64,000 nucleotides of DNA from Tubiluchus corallicola (taxonomy: Eukaryota; Animalia; Priapulida), in assembly GCA_030141605.1 (NCBI GenBank), contig JAQGDQ010000452.1:125503-189502 (forward strand), read 5' to 3'. Below, piece by piece: positions 12,369-25,870 of this stretch (position 1 is the first letter of the stretch; the number at the start of each line of letters is the position of its first letter). The notes beneath the pieces were generated by a model, which was given only the letters and a program-made list of their open reading frames with translations, did not search any database and was not told where the DNA came from. The translations under genes were made by a program, and so were the position numbers.

Positions 12369-13281
12369 GTATTTTGATAATAGAGGTTCTTATGTAATGG
12401 ATTCATTGTATATGTGGCACATGTAAACGGAAAACTTCCTGTTCCCAAGGTTCTCAACAAACCTACATTCGTAAGAGAACTTACTGTGCCAGCAGAGACG
12501 TTGCGGATTTTGTGTTGGTGTAGAAACCATGAAAGCAGTCTCTGGGATGTAGCTGTTCTAGCTCAGCCTTGACCACTAATACACACTCAATGGCTATTCT
12601 TGCTTATAGCCTCAAACTTTAGTTTTGCTGTCGAAACTGGAGACTACTTCTATCTTTTGTTGTTGTAAATGCGTCCATTTGCTTGTGAGAGATGATAGTA
12701 TATGGTATGGTTCAGTTGCATGTAATGGAATTGGTTTTTAAATTGTTTGAATAATATCAACATTGTTTCATTTTGCTGTGCTGACACATGCACGACTATA
12801 GTCAACTGAAATTGCTCCACGAAGATGACACATGTAGTCAAAAAAGTTGGACAGTTAGAATGTCACAAAACCTTTGGTTGAATAATATCAATTTTTGACA
12901 CACTCTTGTAGTTGACAAAGTTGATCGCAAGGTGTTTTGGTAACTGCAGGACCAAGAGCAGAAATTCAGCGCTCTGACACACGTACGACTTCGTCTGCTC
13001 AACTAGGAACAAATTACTTTTAACAGCTTTTTCCATTTAATCTTTTGACCTAGCTGTGACTTAACCTGTGGTTTAGCCAAGTCTTAACAAAAGAGAGAAA
13101 ACCAGCAAACAATTGCTGACAGAAACTGGATGACCATAACATACGATTTTTTGATAGAGAACGAGATTCTAGACGATGTTTTGATTCTATTTTGAACTTC
13201 AGACGTTGTTTTTGTCGTGTTGCATCGTTTAAAAAAATGAATAAACAGAAAAAACAAAATCATGTTATGAAATCCCATGTT

Positions 13282-13560
13282 ATAGAAACTAGTGTGATTC
13301 CTGTGGGACCTTTTCGGCTGTTTTCGGCGCGGAATTTCAGCCTGTAAATCAGTCAATTAGATCTGATTACTAGCAGTCAATTCGTTAGATAGTCTGTCAG
13401 TTAGTCAGCTAGTTGGCCAAACAATCTATGCATTAACCTAGCCAGGCATTGTTTTCACTCAATAATTCTGACAATCAGTCGATCAGTAGGCCATTCAGGC
13501 CCACAACTAGGCATTTATGGATAAGCCTAGCCAGGTAGTCATCCTGTTGACCAATCAGCC
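13282..13560 (+). repeat. 279-bp direct duplication, copy 1
   Basis: Highly similar to 16045-16323. Confidence 0.95.
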
Positions 13561-13618
13561 TCTTTCTGCCTCTTGTTTTTTTATAGAGCAGCATCGCTGA
13601 ACAGATTGCTTTTTACAG

Positions 13619-13780
13619 GAAAACAGATCGAAGCAGAAGTCATCTTCGAGTCCAGCACAGGATGACAGCGATGAGCAGTCCCCTCTTCCGACGCAGCCTC
13701 CTGGTACAGGACGAACAAGAAGAGGAGCTGTCAGTGCCGAGGTCTACACAGAGGAGGATGCAGCGAGTTATGTTAAGAAG
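13619..13780 (+). CDS. PRKAR1: PKA type I regulatory subunit, linker/pseudosubstrate exon
   Basis: ttttacag|GAA...AAG|gtatgg; translates ENRSKQ...[23 protein letters not shown]; Ala at the P site indicates type I. Confidence 0.95.
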
Positions 13781-13869
13781 GTATGGTGCAGTTTGTTTGT
13801 CATTCTGTCTGTCGTGGCTTGCTTTTCAGGTGGGTAAAAAATTCGTACATTTTCTTGGTGCAGTGGGTT

Positions 13870-13947
13870 TAATTGTACGTTTTTGGACTTGAACCAGGAT
13901 TTTCAGGATTGCAAGTACAACATCATGACCACTAGACCACACAGTCC
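13870..13947 (-). mobile_element. tRNA-derived SINE head
   Basis: Minus strand tggtctagtgg (A box) ... ggttcaagtcc (B box). Confidence 0.5.
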
Positions 13948-14859
13948 CTTGTAAGTTGCTAGGAGGCAATAAGCTCACAAGTATTAAATTTTCAAAAACA
14001 AATCTAACTGAAATTTTGAGTGTAAATCTTAAATTGAATGTTCTTTGTTCTATTAATTCTTTCTCTCCTGTTGCTCAGATTTTTAGCTCCAACTTTTGCC
14101 GGTTTTCAACTTAAGAAAACAGTTTTCTATGTGATTTCATTGTTTTGCAAATTTTGAAAATTGTTTTGCAAATCACTCAGAGAGTGATAGAAGTATTAGC
14201 AGAATAACAACGCTCTCTAATCTACTCATAACATTCACATACATTTATACGCTAGATTAGCGTGAGCACACATCACGCACAATACAAATTAAATTTATGC
14301 CTTTCACTCACTCATTCAGTGATTTATGCACTGCTGTGATTTCCATGGGTTAAAACTATTAATTTGCATCAGTGTTGGCGCATTTAATGTGGATTCATTT
14401 AATGACCTAAAGTTCTTACTTCATTCGGTAATTTCAGTTTAGTATTATCGTATCCGACTCGTTTATTGTCTCGTAGATGGCACCACAAGTTAATCTTTCA
14501 CTGTACGGCGAATAAAGCATTTCTTTTTCTGCCTGAGTGACTTGACTGAATTCTTTCACTTAAAATATTTATAAATGCTAAGGTGCTTTTATGAATGACA
14601 GGTACTTTTATTTACGTATGTAGAAATTCTCCGTATATATATTTTTTATGAAGGTTGGGCATAATTCTCTTCCCCCAGGCGATAGTGAGACCTATTAATT
14701 CAATTCATTTGTTAATACAAATATTTAATTTTAAAATTTAAGCAGTCAAATGAGATGACATTGAGAAACCAGCATGGTTCACCAACCTTCGAGACACGTT
14801 TTGATGTAACACTGAGTGACTGTACAGTAGATACTAGATGCTGCTACAGATGATATTAA

Positions 14860-15463
14860 AGGAAGACAGGATGATTTTTCATATACTACTCCATTTTCGA
14901 GTCTGATGAAAAGTATACATTGTAACACCAGTAATACTGCAAAAGCATTTCTAATAATTAAATAATAGATTAAAAACTTAATTAATGGCGGGTGAGCCCA
15001 ACTACTGATGACATCACAAACTAACATAATTTTCAACAGCCATGAGCGTGTTGCACGTGTTTGCGAAAGAGAAAATTGAAGTACAGTGCTACTGTAAGAT
15101 ATTCAGTGTGTTGTACTAAAACTAGGCAAGTTTTAAGATAAAAGTTCAAATTTCAAATTTACCACTGTGCTTGCACATGACCTGTCGAACGTGTGTAGTT
15201 CGTCACATACTAACACATCTGAACTGAGAGGTACAGCACCTGTTTTTTGTTCAATGCATTTCCGAAATGCAGGTACTAGTGCCCGTCTAACTAGCGAATC
15301 GCGAAATGCATGTAACAGCGAAGAACTAAAGGCGCGAATGTGAAATTGTGTTTGTGTGGTAATAATTCTTGCACGTAAGTCATTTTTGAAAAATTAGTGT
15401 GTTTCCTTTCAATATTTTAAAGAGTAGATTGTTTTGACCTACAGTTTAAGACTGGGTTTTGCT
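14860..15463. mobile_element. Possible degenerate TTAA-flanked (Kolobok-like) element
   Basis: ttaa|aggaagacag ... ctgggttttgct|ttaa; imperfect TIR. Confidence 0.35.
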
Positions 15464-16044
15464 TTAAGGACTTGATGCATTACTAGCAGAAAATTCTAAA
15501 ATTAAAAGAATAGACCTATCCAAAAGCGTCTTTCCTACGTTATTCATTTCTAGCGTATGAATTTCAAGAACTAAATTTTAATTTCATGACTGTAGGTAGT
15601 GTCTTTATACCTAGGTATGCAGCATGTAAATTTACCGTGTGAAATGTCTAGTCGTCTATTGTATTTAGCAGCAACAGTTATCCGTGATATCTTTCAGTTT
15701 CTTAGTTGTGTCAGGCGTCTTTGTTCGCTGCCACTAGATGGCTCTTCTGAGTTGATTTGAATTGAGCGTTCGTCAATAAGAAACAGCAATTTCTAAAACC
15801 GCAGGCAATGCAGATAATTTTAAAATTTTGTTGCGCAGTAAGAGCGTAATGCGTGAAGACGCCCACTCTACCTCACCACTTCAAATGGAGAGACAGAAAT
15901 TAGGGAAGTCCTGGCTTTGGAGTGATAACGATTGTGCGCATGCGCTCTACAAATTAAGCCAACGAAGCCACGTTGTGCATAACGCGTGTCACCAGTGCAT
16001 TTGCCTGTGTCTAGCTAGGAAAGCTGGAAATTTCTGGTATTTTA

Positions 16045-16323
16045 ATAGAAACTAGTGTGATTCCTGTGGGAACTTTTCGGCCGTTTTGGGCGCGGAATTT
16101 CAGCCTGTAAATCAGTCGATTAGATCTGATAACTAGCAGTCAATTCGTTAGACCGTCTGTCAGTTAGTCAGCTAGTTAGCCAAACAATCTATGCATTAAC
16201 CTAGCCAGGCATTGTTTTCACTCGATAATTCTGACAATCAGTCGATCAGTAGGCCATAAAGGCGCACAACTAGGCATTTATGGATAAGCCTAGCCAGATA
16301 GTCATCCTGTTGACCAATCAGCC
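16045..16323 (+). repeat. 279-bp direct duplication, copy 2
   Basis: Highly similar to 13282-13560. Confidence 0.95.
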
Positions 16324-17220
16324 AGGCAGTGGGTGAATCAATGCAGTCATTTAGTCACTTTTAGTAATTCTGTCAGTCACTCGGTCGGTCGGTCAGCCAG
16401 CTAAATGTACATTCACTCAGTCAAATATTTTTAGTTTTGCATACTGCAATCCAGCACATGGCGATGAGAAGTAATTACTGTAAATAGTTGTGGTAGGATC
16501 GGAATGTAGCTCAGAGTCAAGGGTAATCCTCCATGATGAGCAACTAAAGCGGTAAAGATGTCACAATGTTAGTCAGTCAGTACATGGGGGTCAGTAAATT
16601 GATAATGCTCTTGCATTTTCACGATCATTTTAATTGCGTTTTAATTGCTTCAGTCATTCATCAAGCTGTTCTGTTTTATTGCGCTCTAACTATTATTAAC
16701 TTTTCACTAAGCTGCAGCTGCATTGACAGAGGGCGTTATTGGTAGATTGTTTGTCTGAAAACACTTATCGCTAATTGCACAGAACTTTTATACGTTCGTG
16801 TGCAGACATGTTAGCTGTTAATGTTAGGGTTTTAACTCGGCTCATAAAAGAGTTAATAATGACTATGAAAAAGTTTCACTGAATTAGCACCGGGCAGCTG
16901 ATGATTGAAGTTGCTGATGCTGCTGATGATTGAAGGTTGCTAGTATAGCCAACATTCCCTGAAGTTTGCAAAACAAGTTCTGTAGCAAGACAATTTTTAT
17001 GCAACACTCAGTGAGAGTTTACCACTGTGGAATACAGCATTCAGTCGCACGACTTACTTAATGTGTATATGTTTGTATAAGTGTACAGAATCTGGGTCCG
17101 TTATAAAGCTAATCCTCCCAAGCGAGTCATTGAACCAACAGGGGTGTTTCAGCCATGTTCTGATGTGTTTGCATCCTCCCTCAGACAGACTCAGGTAAAC
17201 AACCAAAAAACCATTGAGGC

Positions 17221-17400
17221 GAGGTGCATGGTCCAGTGGTCTCGGACTTGTCTTGGCGGCTTAAGAATAGTGCCAAAGCTGGTCAGTGAGTGGTTGCTGC
17301 TAGTTGAGTGACCTGGTTCGATTCTCAATCTGGGTGGTTTCGTTTGTTATCCTAGGTAAGAATAACTCTTTCGGCTGAGTTGCTCATTCTAGAGGTATAG
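17221..17400 (+). mobile_element. tRNA-derived SINE fragment
   Basis: tggtccagtgg A box and ggttcgattc B box with lengthened spacing. Confidence 0.4.
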
Positions 17401-17754
17401 CCTTGATAACGAATCATGTTCCGGTCCCACCACAACATCCATTGGATTCCGAATTGTACAAAAAAGAATGCAACTGTCTAAAGTTAGTATCCAACTCAGC
17501 GACATTGCCCATCCATTCATAGACTGGGCTCTGCATTCTTGACTTCAGTTGCTAAGTACACACTCTGACCATTTGGCTGCTCACTCCCCTCATATGTGTT
17601 GTGAATAATGATGATTACAGGCCGATTATCTATAACGGCGGAAACGTTTGAGAAAAGTCTGTGATTTTTTTACTGTAAGTCCAGTCAACGACTGCCCCAG
17701 TTGAAACAGTTTTATAAACGGTGTGGCAACGGACCGTAGTTTCCCCATATCTGC

Positions 17755-17810
17755 CATGTGTATGTGTATGTGTATGAGTATGTGCATGTGTATGTGCATG
17801 TGCATGTGTA
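17755..17810. repeat. (TGTATG/TGCATG)n microsatellite
   Basis: Directly visible. Confidence 0.85.
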
Positions 17811-19529
17811 ATTTCGCGTGCTTCATAGTATACTCTGCTGCCAGCTGCTTTCATGTATGATGACTTTATTTCCAGTCTGTATTAAGAACTTACCTTCCAC
17901 ACTTTATATTTGCATTAATTATTTTTCTAATTTTATGGTTAATTAGTGATTTTTCCAAGTGTTTTCTCAATAATTGGCACGTCAGAATCGTTTTATTGCA
18001 ATTTATGCAAGCGTATGTGAATTGCTGCATGGATGCGCTTTGGATGTGTGTTTGTTCTTGCATCCGCATCACGTGTAGGCGCCAAATAAGGACAAAATCG
18101 ATTAACTTCTGGTCCTTTTATCTTCTGCCTGGAATGCAGGCAATTACGCCAAACTTCTGTTTACTTTTCAGCTTCTCGGGATTGTTTATCACTTAGCTGT
18201 CTTACAATTAATTAGTTCTTCATTCTCAGTTCTACACCTTAAGCATGCGCAGATAGTTTGTAGCTATTCTCTAGCTGGCGTAACCAAAACCAGCTCGGAT
18301 CAGATCTCTTTGACAAAATCAAGGTTGCATTCGTATTCGACCCAGTCATTTCAACACTTTCAGTCGGAAAAATGACGGATCGGGTCGGTATCAAAGGTAA
18401 CGTACAGAAAGTTCAGCTCATTTGGGCAATACGTACTGCTTTTCAATCTTTGTAAACTTGAATCATGGCTTGAGACGAGTACAGGGGTTCTGCAGGGAGG
18501 TTTTCTTAGTCTGTTTTTGTTTTCACTAGTTATTTCAGACTGAATTTGTTCAGATTTTTGAGTGTTTTAATGAGTCGTTTAAAATCTTCTACGAGATGAT
18601 GTTCTACGAGTCCAGACAGTCATTACACGTAGATTATTAGCATTAAAGACATGGCTTTAAATTGAATTTTCATCATGACGCTCCCCCTGCCCCATCAAGT
18701 ACCCTTGCCAATTTTTCTGCTGTTTTGACGTATTACACATCGCACGCATTAGTGCATGCGTGCTTCTTGTACATCTATTAGCCAAGGTAATAGCGGATTA
18801 TGTTTTCGTAAACACGTGTTCAAAACATGGCTTCCTTTCATCTTACCGCAATCTCCTTTACCGAGGATAAAAATCTTCTTTCTAATTGTCATCCTCAGCA
18901 TCCCTGTCTCGGTTTGTACGCTCACGCAAGCGTCCAGCCGAAGATGTTTTCCGGGAAGGGATTAGCATCAACCCTTCTTCTGCAGATGACGATAATCCGG
19001 ATTTGTGTTTTAATATTCCCGGTTTTTCTGATCATCCTTCGTCTGATATTCGTCGTCTGAATACATATTGAATGTGTTTGTGGAGTATGTTGTAATCGTT
19101 TCTGGAAACCTAGGGCTTCATTCACACTATAATTGCGCTCACGCAGTTTCCTGTAGAAATAACGACAAAAACCAGTGCAACAGGTAGGGAAATTAGGCAT
19201 TGCAGAGACATTATTAAAAGTATGAAAGCCAAGCAATAAAGGTAATTTGTTCCTCATCAAAAAATGTACTTAGTAAATAAACGGAGCTGTCTTGCACAGA
19301 TAAGCTTTGCTGGGTGATACATCATACTGATTATAGTGGCATGTGCTGCCAAATTCAGAAAAACTGTTTATTAGTTTCTTGATTTTTATGAAATTCGTAT
19401 AATTGCTACGAAAATTCGCCAGGATTCGAAGAAACTTACATAGCATGATGGTAGTCTACTGTTAACATTCAACACGTTATGATACATGACGTGATATGTG
19501 ACACGAAATGACATAATATATGAAATGAA

Positions 19530-19755
19530 GTGATGTGATGTGATGTGATGTGACGTGATGTGACGTGACGTGACGTGATGTGATGTGATGTGATGTGATG
19601 TGATGTGATGTGATGATATGATATGGTATGATATGATATGATATGATATGATATGATATGATATGATATGATATGATATGATATGATATGATATGATATG
19701 ATATGATATGATATGATATGATATATGATATGATATGATATGACATGACACGACA
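19530..19755. repeat. Compound pentanucleotide microsatellite (GATGT)n-(GATAT)n
   Basis: Directly visible; explains the ISYHI-repeat ORFs. Confidence 0.97.
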
Positions 19756-22007
19756 TAACAATGCCTTTAACTTGAGTTGAACAGATGTCACGTCATGTTT
19801 CTACTAAATGGAACTACTGTATTTAGGTGTTGTCAACGTCTGTAAACTACAAGCCTGATTTTGTTACTTTGTCTCTTTCTTTACTTTTTTGGAAAAAAAG
19901 AATATGAAAAGACCTACTGATTGGACGGTACCTAAAATTCCCGGTGAGCGGACAGAAATTCATGTCATTTCAAAATGCAATTGACACAATATGATTACTC
20001 GCGAAATTGCACTTTATGAAGCGCTATTTTCCCGAAACCTCGAATCTACTAGCCGAGTCGAGATTTTTGATGCATTAGATGTTGAGCAAATGTGTTCTTA
20101 AATTGGTACATTGTTAACCACTCGGGAAGACATTGCTTATTTTTCAAAATGACCGCGAGCTTTTTGCCCTGATGAAGCAGTAATTGCCAATCTCGTGACC
20201 TTTAAATCGGCCAGCCTTGAGACATTCAAGAAAATTGTGTTTTCATCAGGTTTTAACCACCGCAAATTAAATTACTATATCGTCTCAATTTCTTTTCATA
20301 TTATTCTTATCACTCGTTTATTATGCATTAGTAATTGCGCGCGTAATTAAATGTCTGCATTCCCGTTCCTGTAAAAATTTTATTGTCTTCTGGATATTAT
20401 TGTGAAATATTGTTCGACTGAGGAAACTAATTTGATTTTCTGCAGAAGATGAAGATAATAAAAATGATGGAATAGGAGATTTATAATGAAAAGCCATTAT
20501 GATCTGTAGCTTCCAATAGTAACTAGTTAGAAACTGTTTACGGTTTAGATATGATTTTCCTTTTTTTTGCTTTTATTTATTTATTTGTTTGTTTATTTTA
20601 ACTACCTGGACACCTGTTTTAATTTTGTGTTTGCATGAACTTTATTTATCATGTAATATGTAAATTTATAATTATTGTAAACGTAAAATGTATAGTTATA
20701 AGTTCATGTTATGATCACGATATGAAAAATTACATGCCGGCATTAATTATTTGTATTATGCTAAGTGAGAATATATATCATCTTCACTGCTACTCTTTGT
20801 TGCTGCTTTTATGTTCTCAGAATCTCTGTTCACTGGTCGTTCGTCTGTTCGTCAGTACTGATCTTTCTGTTGCAGAGTAAGTGCTAATTTATTCAGTATT
20901 TTCTCTCCGACCGCTTATCTGTGGAATTCTAGCAGAAAATTGTTTCTAGTTAAGTTATTAAGCAAGATTTTATTCCCAGCCAGTGAGTGTCAAGTCAGTT
21001 AAGTACAGCCTTACTCGCTTAAAGAAATATGTTAAGAGATGATTCTTATCATTTGTCATATTGATTATGGTATCTCTAGTGGTGTTTGTGGCCTGTGCCA
21101 GTTTGTAATGTTACCCAAAAAATTGGGCAAGTATAGAATTATCGGTTCCGTTTACCTGTCCATTTGTTGTTTCACTTTTTCTCGGCCATGGAGTATTCCC
21201 CCAATGGGTTACCCAAAGTTACCTAAAAAAGTAGACAGCTATAGAATGACCGGATGTACCTGTCGTCACTTTTTCTCGGCCCTGGCGTAGCGTTGAAAGT
21301 TGATACCTCGCACAGAATTAGGGCACAAATTCGGAGCCTATCAATTGGTGTAGTTGGAGAAGTTGGTGTAGATTTGAATATTTTACAATTTTTAAAATAT
21401 ACCTACCCCTGTAACAAACCTATGTGCGCCGCGACTACAGAATTATCGGTTCCATCTGTCCGTCCATTTGTCCGTCTCTCCGTCTGTCGCCAGTGTTTTT
21501 AGACTGTGGAGTTAATCGGGAAGTTGTTACCTCGGACAGTTGTAGGGTGTGGTTGAAGCTCGAACCCTATGAATTTTGAGGTCAACTGGCTAAGATTTGA
21601 TTTTTTTACAATTTTTCGAAACTTTGCATATAACAAACTTCTGTAGCTAATAAGTCCGCTGTTCAGCTGTACGTGATTGATAAGCACCAGTATGATAGCT
21701 AAGTCAATTATGATGCATTAGGAAGGTGCAGATAAAAATAATCACTGACATATGTTATGCAGAAAACTCATTTTTGTGGTAGACTTCCTGTACTTTGTTA
21801 TGTTAAACCCACAGGATATTATAGTGGCCAGTGATTTTTCTCGTGCATGTCTGTATCAAACTTTAGATTTTCATTTAAAGTTTTCAACGCAGGCGCGTTG
21901 CATTGAATTCTAACTTCATGTTCTATAACGGTAGAAATCCTCCTTCACAGAAATTTAGTATTATTTTATGTGTTAGTGGAGAAAATACACCTTTGCGGTA
22001 GTTTGAA

Positions 22008-22343
22008 GGTATGTCGATCTCATTGGGGCAACTGTTCCCCTGTAATGAGGGCTCTCTGGTTTCATTCTGGTATTACACTGTAGTAGTTTCATGGTATGTC
22101 GATCTCATTGGGGCAACTCTTTCCTTGTACTGAGGGCTCTGTGGTTTCATTCTGGTATTACAATGTAGTAGTTTCGAGGTATGTCGATCTCATTGGGGCA
22201 ACTCTTCCCTTGTACTGAGGGCTCTCTGGTTTCATTCTGCTATTACACTGTAGTAGTTTGAAGGTATGTCGATTTGATTGGGGCAACTCTTCCGCTGTAC
22301 TGAGGGCTCTCTGGTTTCATTCTGGTATTACACTGTAGTAGTT
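22008..22343. repeat. 85-bp tandem repeat, 4 copies
   Basis: ggtatgtcgat recurs at 22008, 22093, 22178, 22263. Confidence 0.95.
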
Positions 22344-23106
22344 TAGGAATTTACAGTTGCTGCGCACTTTGCCTATTATGCAAATTGTGCAAATCATGGA
22401 AACATAATTGTCATTAATGAGTAATGAGTGTTGATTGGCACTTAATGCAGTTAACACAACCAGTAATACTATTTCTGACATCAGTCTGTGCAGTAATTAT
22501 CTTAGCATTCACAGCGCTGCAATGAAGATCGTCTAGATTCTAGACTTTGTGCTGTGAAAGTACATCAAGTTCTTCTGTAATCTTCTTATAGTCAAGTGGA
22601 CAGACGTTTTCTCTCTGACAGCAGATACTTGTCATCGTGTATTACTATTAACCAAACTGATGGTGGGCTTCTTTCTCGGCTTCTTTGTCCCCAATTACCC
22701 GCTAATGCTTTCACATTTTCTTGGTTATTCTTATAATAACATTGAGTGTACTTCATTTACAATACGCGTCCCTGTAGATGGAAGTACTCCACCAGTACAT
22801 TATAATTAGATATCCGCAGCATATGTAGAAGAATTGTGTGGCCAAGCTTACTGTTAAATGCAGAACTTACAGAATTTATTCGACTAACGCGTTTCAACGT
22901 GTTTCGGCTGATTTTTGCATGCGCGGGTTCGACGCAGCACTTGGTTAGTAACTTGGTAATGCCAGTTTAAATACATTGTAAGTGATAAAGTATCGTTAGC
23001 GTTGTCATACTTCTGTAAACATGTACATTGGGTATAAAGTATATGAGAACGTAGTTAACCTTGGCTGTCTGGTAAAACTATGCTAAGTACTGTTACCCAA
23101 ACGGCA

Positions 23107-23160
23107 ATGTTACATTTTTTTATACGAATCACCTTAAACAGAAGCCATTGGCTACTCAAG
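23107..23160 (+). CDS. Candidate internal alternative first exon of PKA-RI (MLHFFIRITLNRSHWLLK)
   Basis: gcaATG, 18 open codons, strong AAG|gtaagg phase-0 donor matching the acceptor at 29001. Confidence 0.3.
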
Positions 23161-24980
23161 GTAAGGCGCTACAGTGGAGAACCGAAAATGAGAACGCAAG
23201 TCCAGGAAAATAGAATTTAAATAATCGTTTAGCTATGGGAGTTATCTGTCTTTTTTCAGTCTCTGTCATTGTTCTTATTTTCTTCCAGTGTGTGTTCGTC
23301 AAGTGTCTTATTCTTCAACTACTTCCGTCTCTGCTTCCTTGAAATCTTCACTTTATTTGCTACCTCTTGTCCATCGTGGGCGTGGCGTAATTACACGTGT
23401 CTTGATGTACGAAGAAGCCCAGTGGCCAGAGTTGCTTCTAGCTGCGTTGTCAACTGGTTCACCGGTGGAGACAAGGCGCAAAATGGCTTCATTTACTAGT
23501 CTGAATTGACTGTTGGCAAGTTTTCTTATCGTGTGAATTTTCGCTGCTTCTTCTTACCTGTTTGAAAGTGAGAGTGAGACAATGTGCTTTCAGTTAAGTA
23601 GTAATTAGCGGATCTGTAAGAGTCTGATTTGTCGTGTTTATTAAAGCGCCTCAATGTCTTGTGAAATGGCTTCATTTGATAATGGGATGCTAATGGAGAA
23701 AACTTGGGAAGTAAGTACGAAAGGTCTAACAAAAGTCCTTTTATAGTTGCAGTCTATTTGTTAATGAACTAAGAAAGCCAGCCTCACTAAATATGTACTT
23801 GCACAATTAATGTAGCTGAACAATTGTTAGTATACTGAAATTTAAAGGAAACGATAAGTCACTTAGCATGCTGGGTTTATTTTACTGTTATCACTTATAA
23901 TTATAATGTTGAAATTTGCAAAAAACTGCCTGTAAAGCATAAAGTTAATTTATGTACTACTACTACTGCTGTATAGAAATTTTCAGGAATGGTGATAGCC
24001 GCCATTCACTCTAAAAGTATGACGTATAGCTGGCGGACTTCGTGACTTTTCGTAAGCACAACGTGGCTTTGGCTTTCCGTAAGTGCTAATTCAAACTTCT
24101 GCAGCTTACCTATTGTTCGTACAATATTATCACAAAATTAGCTGTCTATTTTTTTGTAAAGATTTATACTTTTGGTGGAAATTGACAGTGCACTACTTTT
24201 CTCAGCCGATGAACGACGTCACTGGTGGACGAATGGGCCTTCAAAATGTGAGTGCCCAAGCGTGAAATGATGGCAAGATTTGCAACTTTAAAGTGATCTT
24301 ACTAATTACACCAGCTGCTTATCACACCTTTACTTATAAATTCTAACATTTTTCGCAAAATTTCAAGCAAGTCTGATTTCCAAGAACGCTTTGCCTTTCT
24401 TTCAAGACATATAGGGAAATGCTGTTTTTGTTATGTTTTGTTCCGTTTTTTTGTTATAGTTGCACGAGTTTTGTGGTTTTACAGTTGGTTTTTGTCAATT
24501 GGTCTATTGTGTTAATGGTAGCGTAAGTTTATCTCTTCATGGCATATCTCAAAACATTCTGGGGCAAAATATACTCAAAAATATTTGATCGCTTTGTTAG
24601 GTAGGTAAACTCCTCAAGTGGCATAAAAGTCCTGCTGTAGAATTTGGGAACTAATGTTTCATGTTACCTGTTATTTTGGATCTTTGGCAACTGCTTTGAT
24701 TTTGTGATAAACATTTTGTGCTAATAGAAATTCTGCCATTACGCCTGTAAACACACATTTTTTGTGAAGCATGGCATGTTCCATTTTGACCACTGGTCAT
24801 TCTTTATTTTTCTATGTGTGCTTACAATTTCTCCTCCATTTTGGATTGGCTTAACTGCATATACAAGAAAAGAGTTACTCAGTTACTTTGGCTTCTGCAG
24901 CCTCTTTGCTTTCTTATTCTACACCCAACAAATATATCATTAGCCGGCTTAACATACCTCGATTAGCAACAAAGAAGGTG

Positions 24981-25870
24981 ATTACTTGCATGTGCACTCT
25001 ACAGGTCAGTGCTGCAAAATTCTAATTATCCATAGTTGCACGTGCACTCTACAGGTCAGTACTGCAAAATTCTAATTATCCATAGTTGCACGTGCACTCT
25101 GCATGTCAGTACTGCAAAATTCTAATTTTCCATAGTTGCACGTGCACTCTATAGGTCAGTACTGCAAAATTCTAATTTTCCATAGTTGCACGTGCACTCT
25201 ACAGGTCAGTACTGAAAAATTCTAATTATCCATAGTTGCACGTGCACTCTGCAGGTCAGTACTGCAAAATTCTAATTATCCATAGTTGCACGTGCACTCT
25301 GCAGGTCAGTACTGCAAAATTCTAATTATCCATAGTTGCACGTGCATTCTATAGGTCAGTACTGCAAAATTCTAATTTTCCATAGTTGCACGTGCACTCT
25401 ACAGGTCAGTACTGCAAAATTCTAATTATCCGTAGTTGCACGTGCACTCTACAGGTCAGTACTGTAAAATTCTAATTATCCGTAGTTGCACGTGCATTCT
25501 ACAGGTCAGTACTGCAAAATTCTAATTATCCGTAGTTGCACGTGCACTCTACAGGTCAGTAGTGCAAAATTCTAATTATCCGTAGTTGCACGTGCACTCT
25601 ACAGGTCAGTAGTGCAAAATTCTAATTATCCGTAGTTGCACGTGCACTCTACAGGTCAGTACTGCAAAATTCCAATTATCCATAGTTGCACGTGCACTCT
25701 ACAGGTCAGTACTGCAAAATTCTAATTATCCATAGTTGCACGTGCGCTCTACAGTTGCACATGCACTCTACACATTGTGTTGCAAATTTCTATTTATCGA
25801 TAGTTGCACATGCACTATACAGTTAGTACTGCAAAATCTAATTATCCATAGTTGCACATGCACCCTACAG
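24981..25870. repeat. 50-bp minisatellite, about 15 good copies plus degenerate tail
   Basis: Unit catagttgcacgtgcactctacaggtcagtactgcaaaattctaattatc. Confidence 0.97.

Noticed and set aside
17081-17193. ORF segment ending in a phase-0 CAG|gtaaac donor
   Set aside because: No in-frame ATG after the preceding stop, and only a weak phase-2 acceptor.
18756-19260. Cluster of overlapping short ORFs, one protein-like (RSRKRPAEDVF)
   Set aside because: No recognisable homology and no phase-compatible splice sites found.
19386-19791. ISYHI-repeat ORFs
   Set aside because: Pentanucleotide microsatellite.
21390-21500. Helentron/DINE-like element with GTCC repeats
   Set aside because: Subterminal inverted repeats and a 3' hairpin could not be identified.
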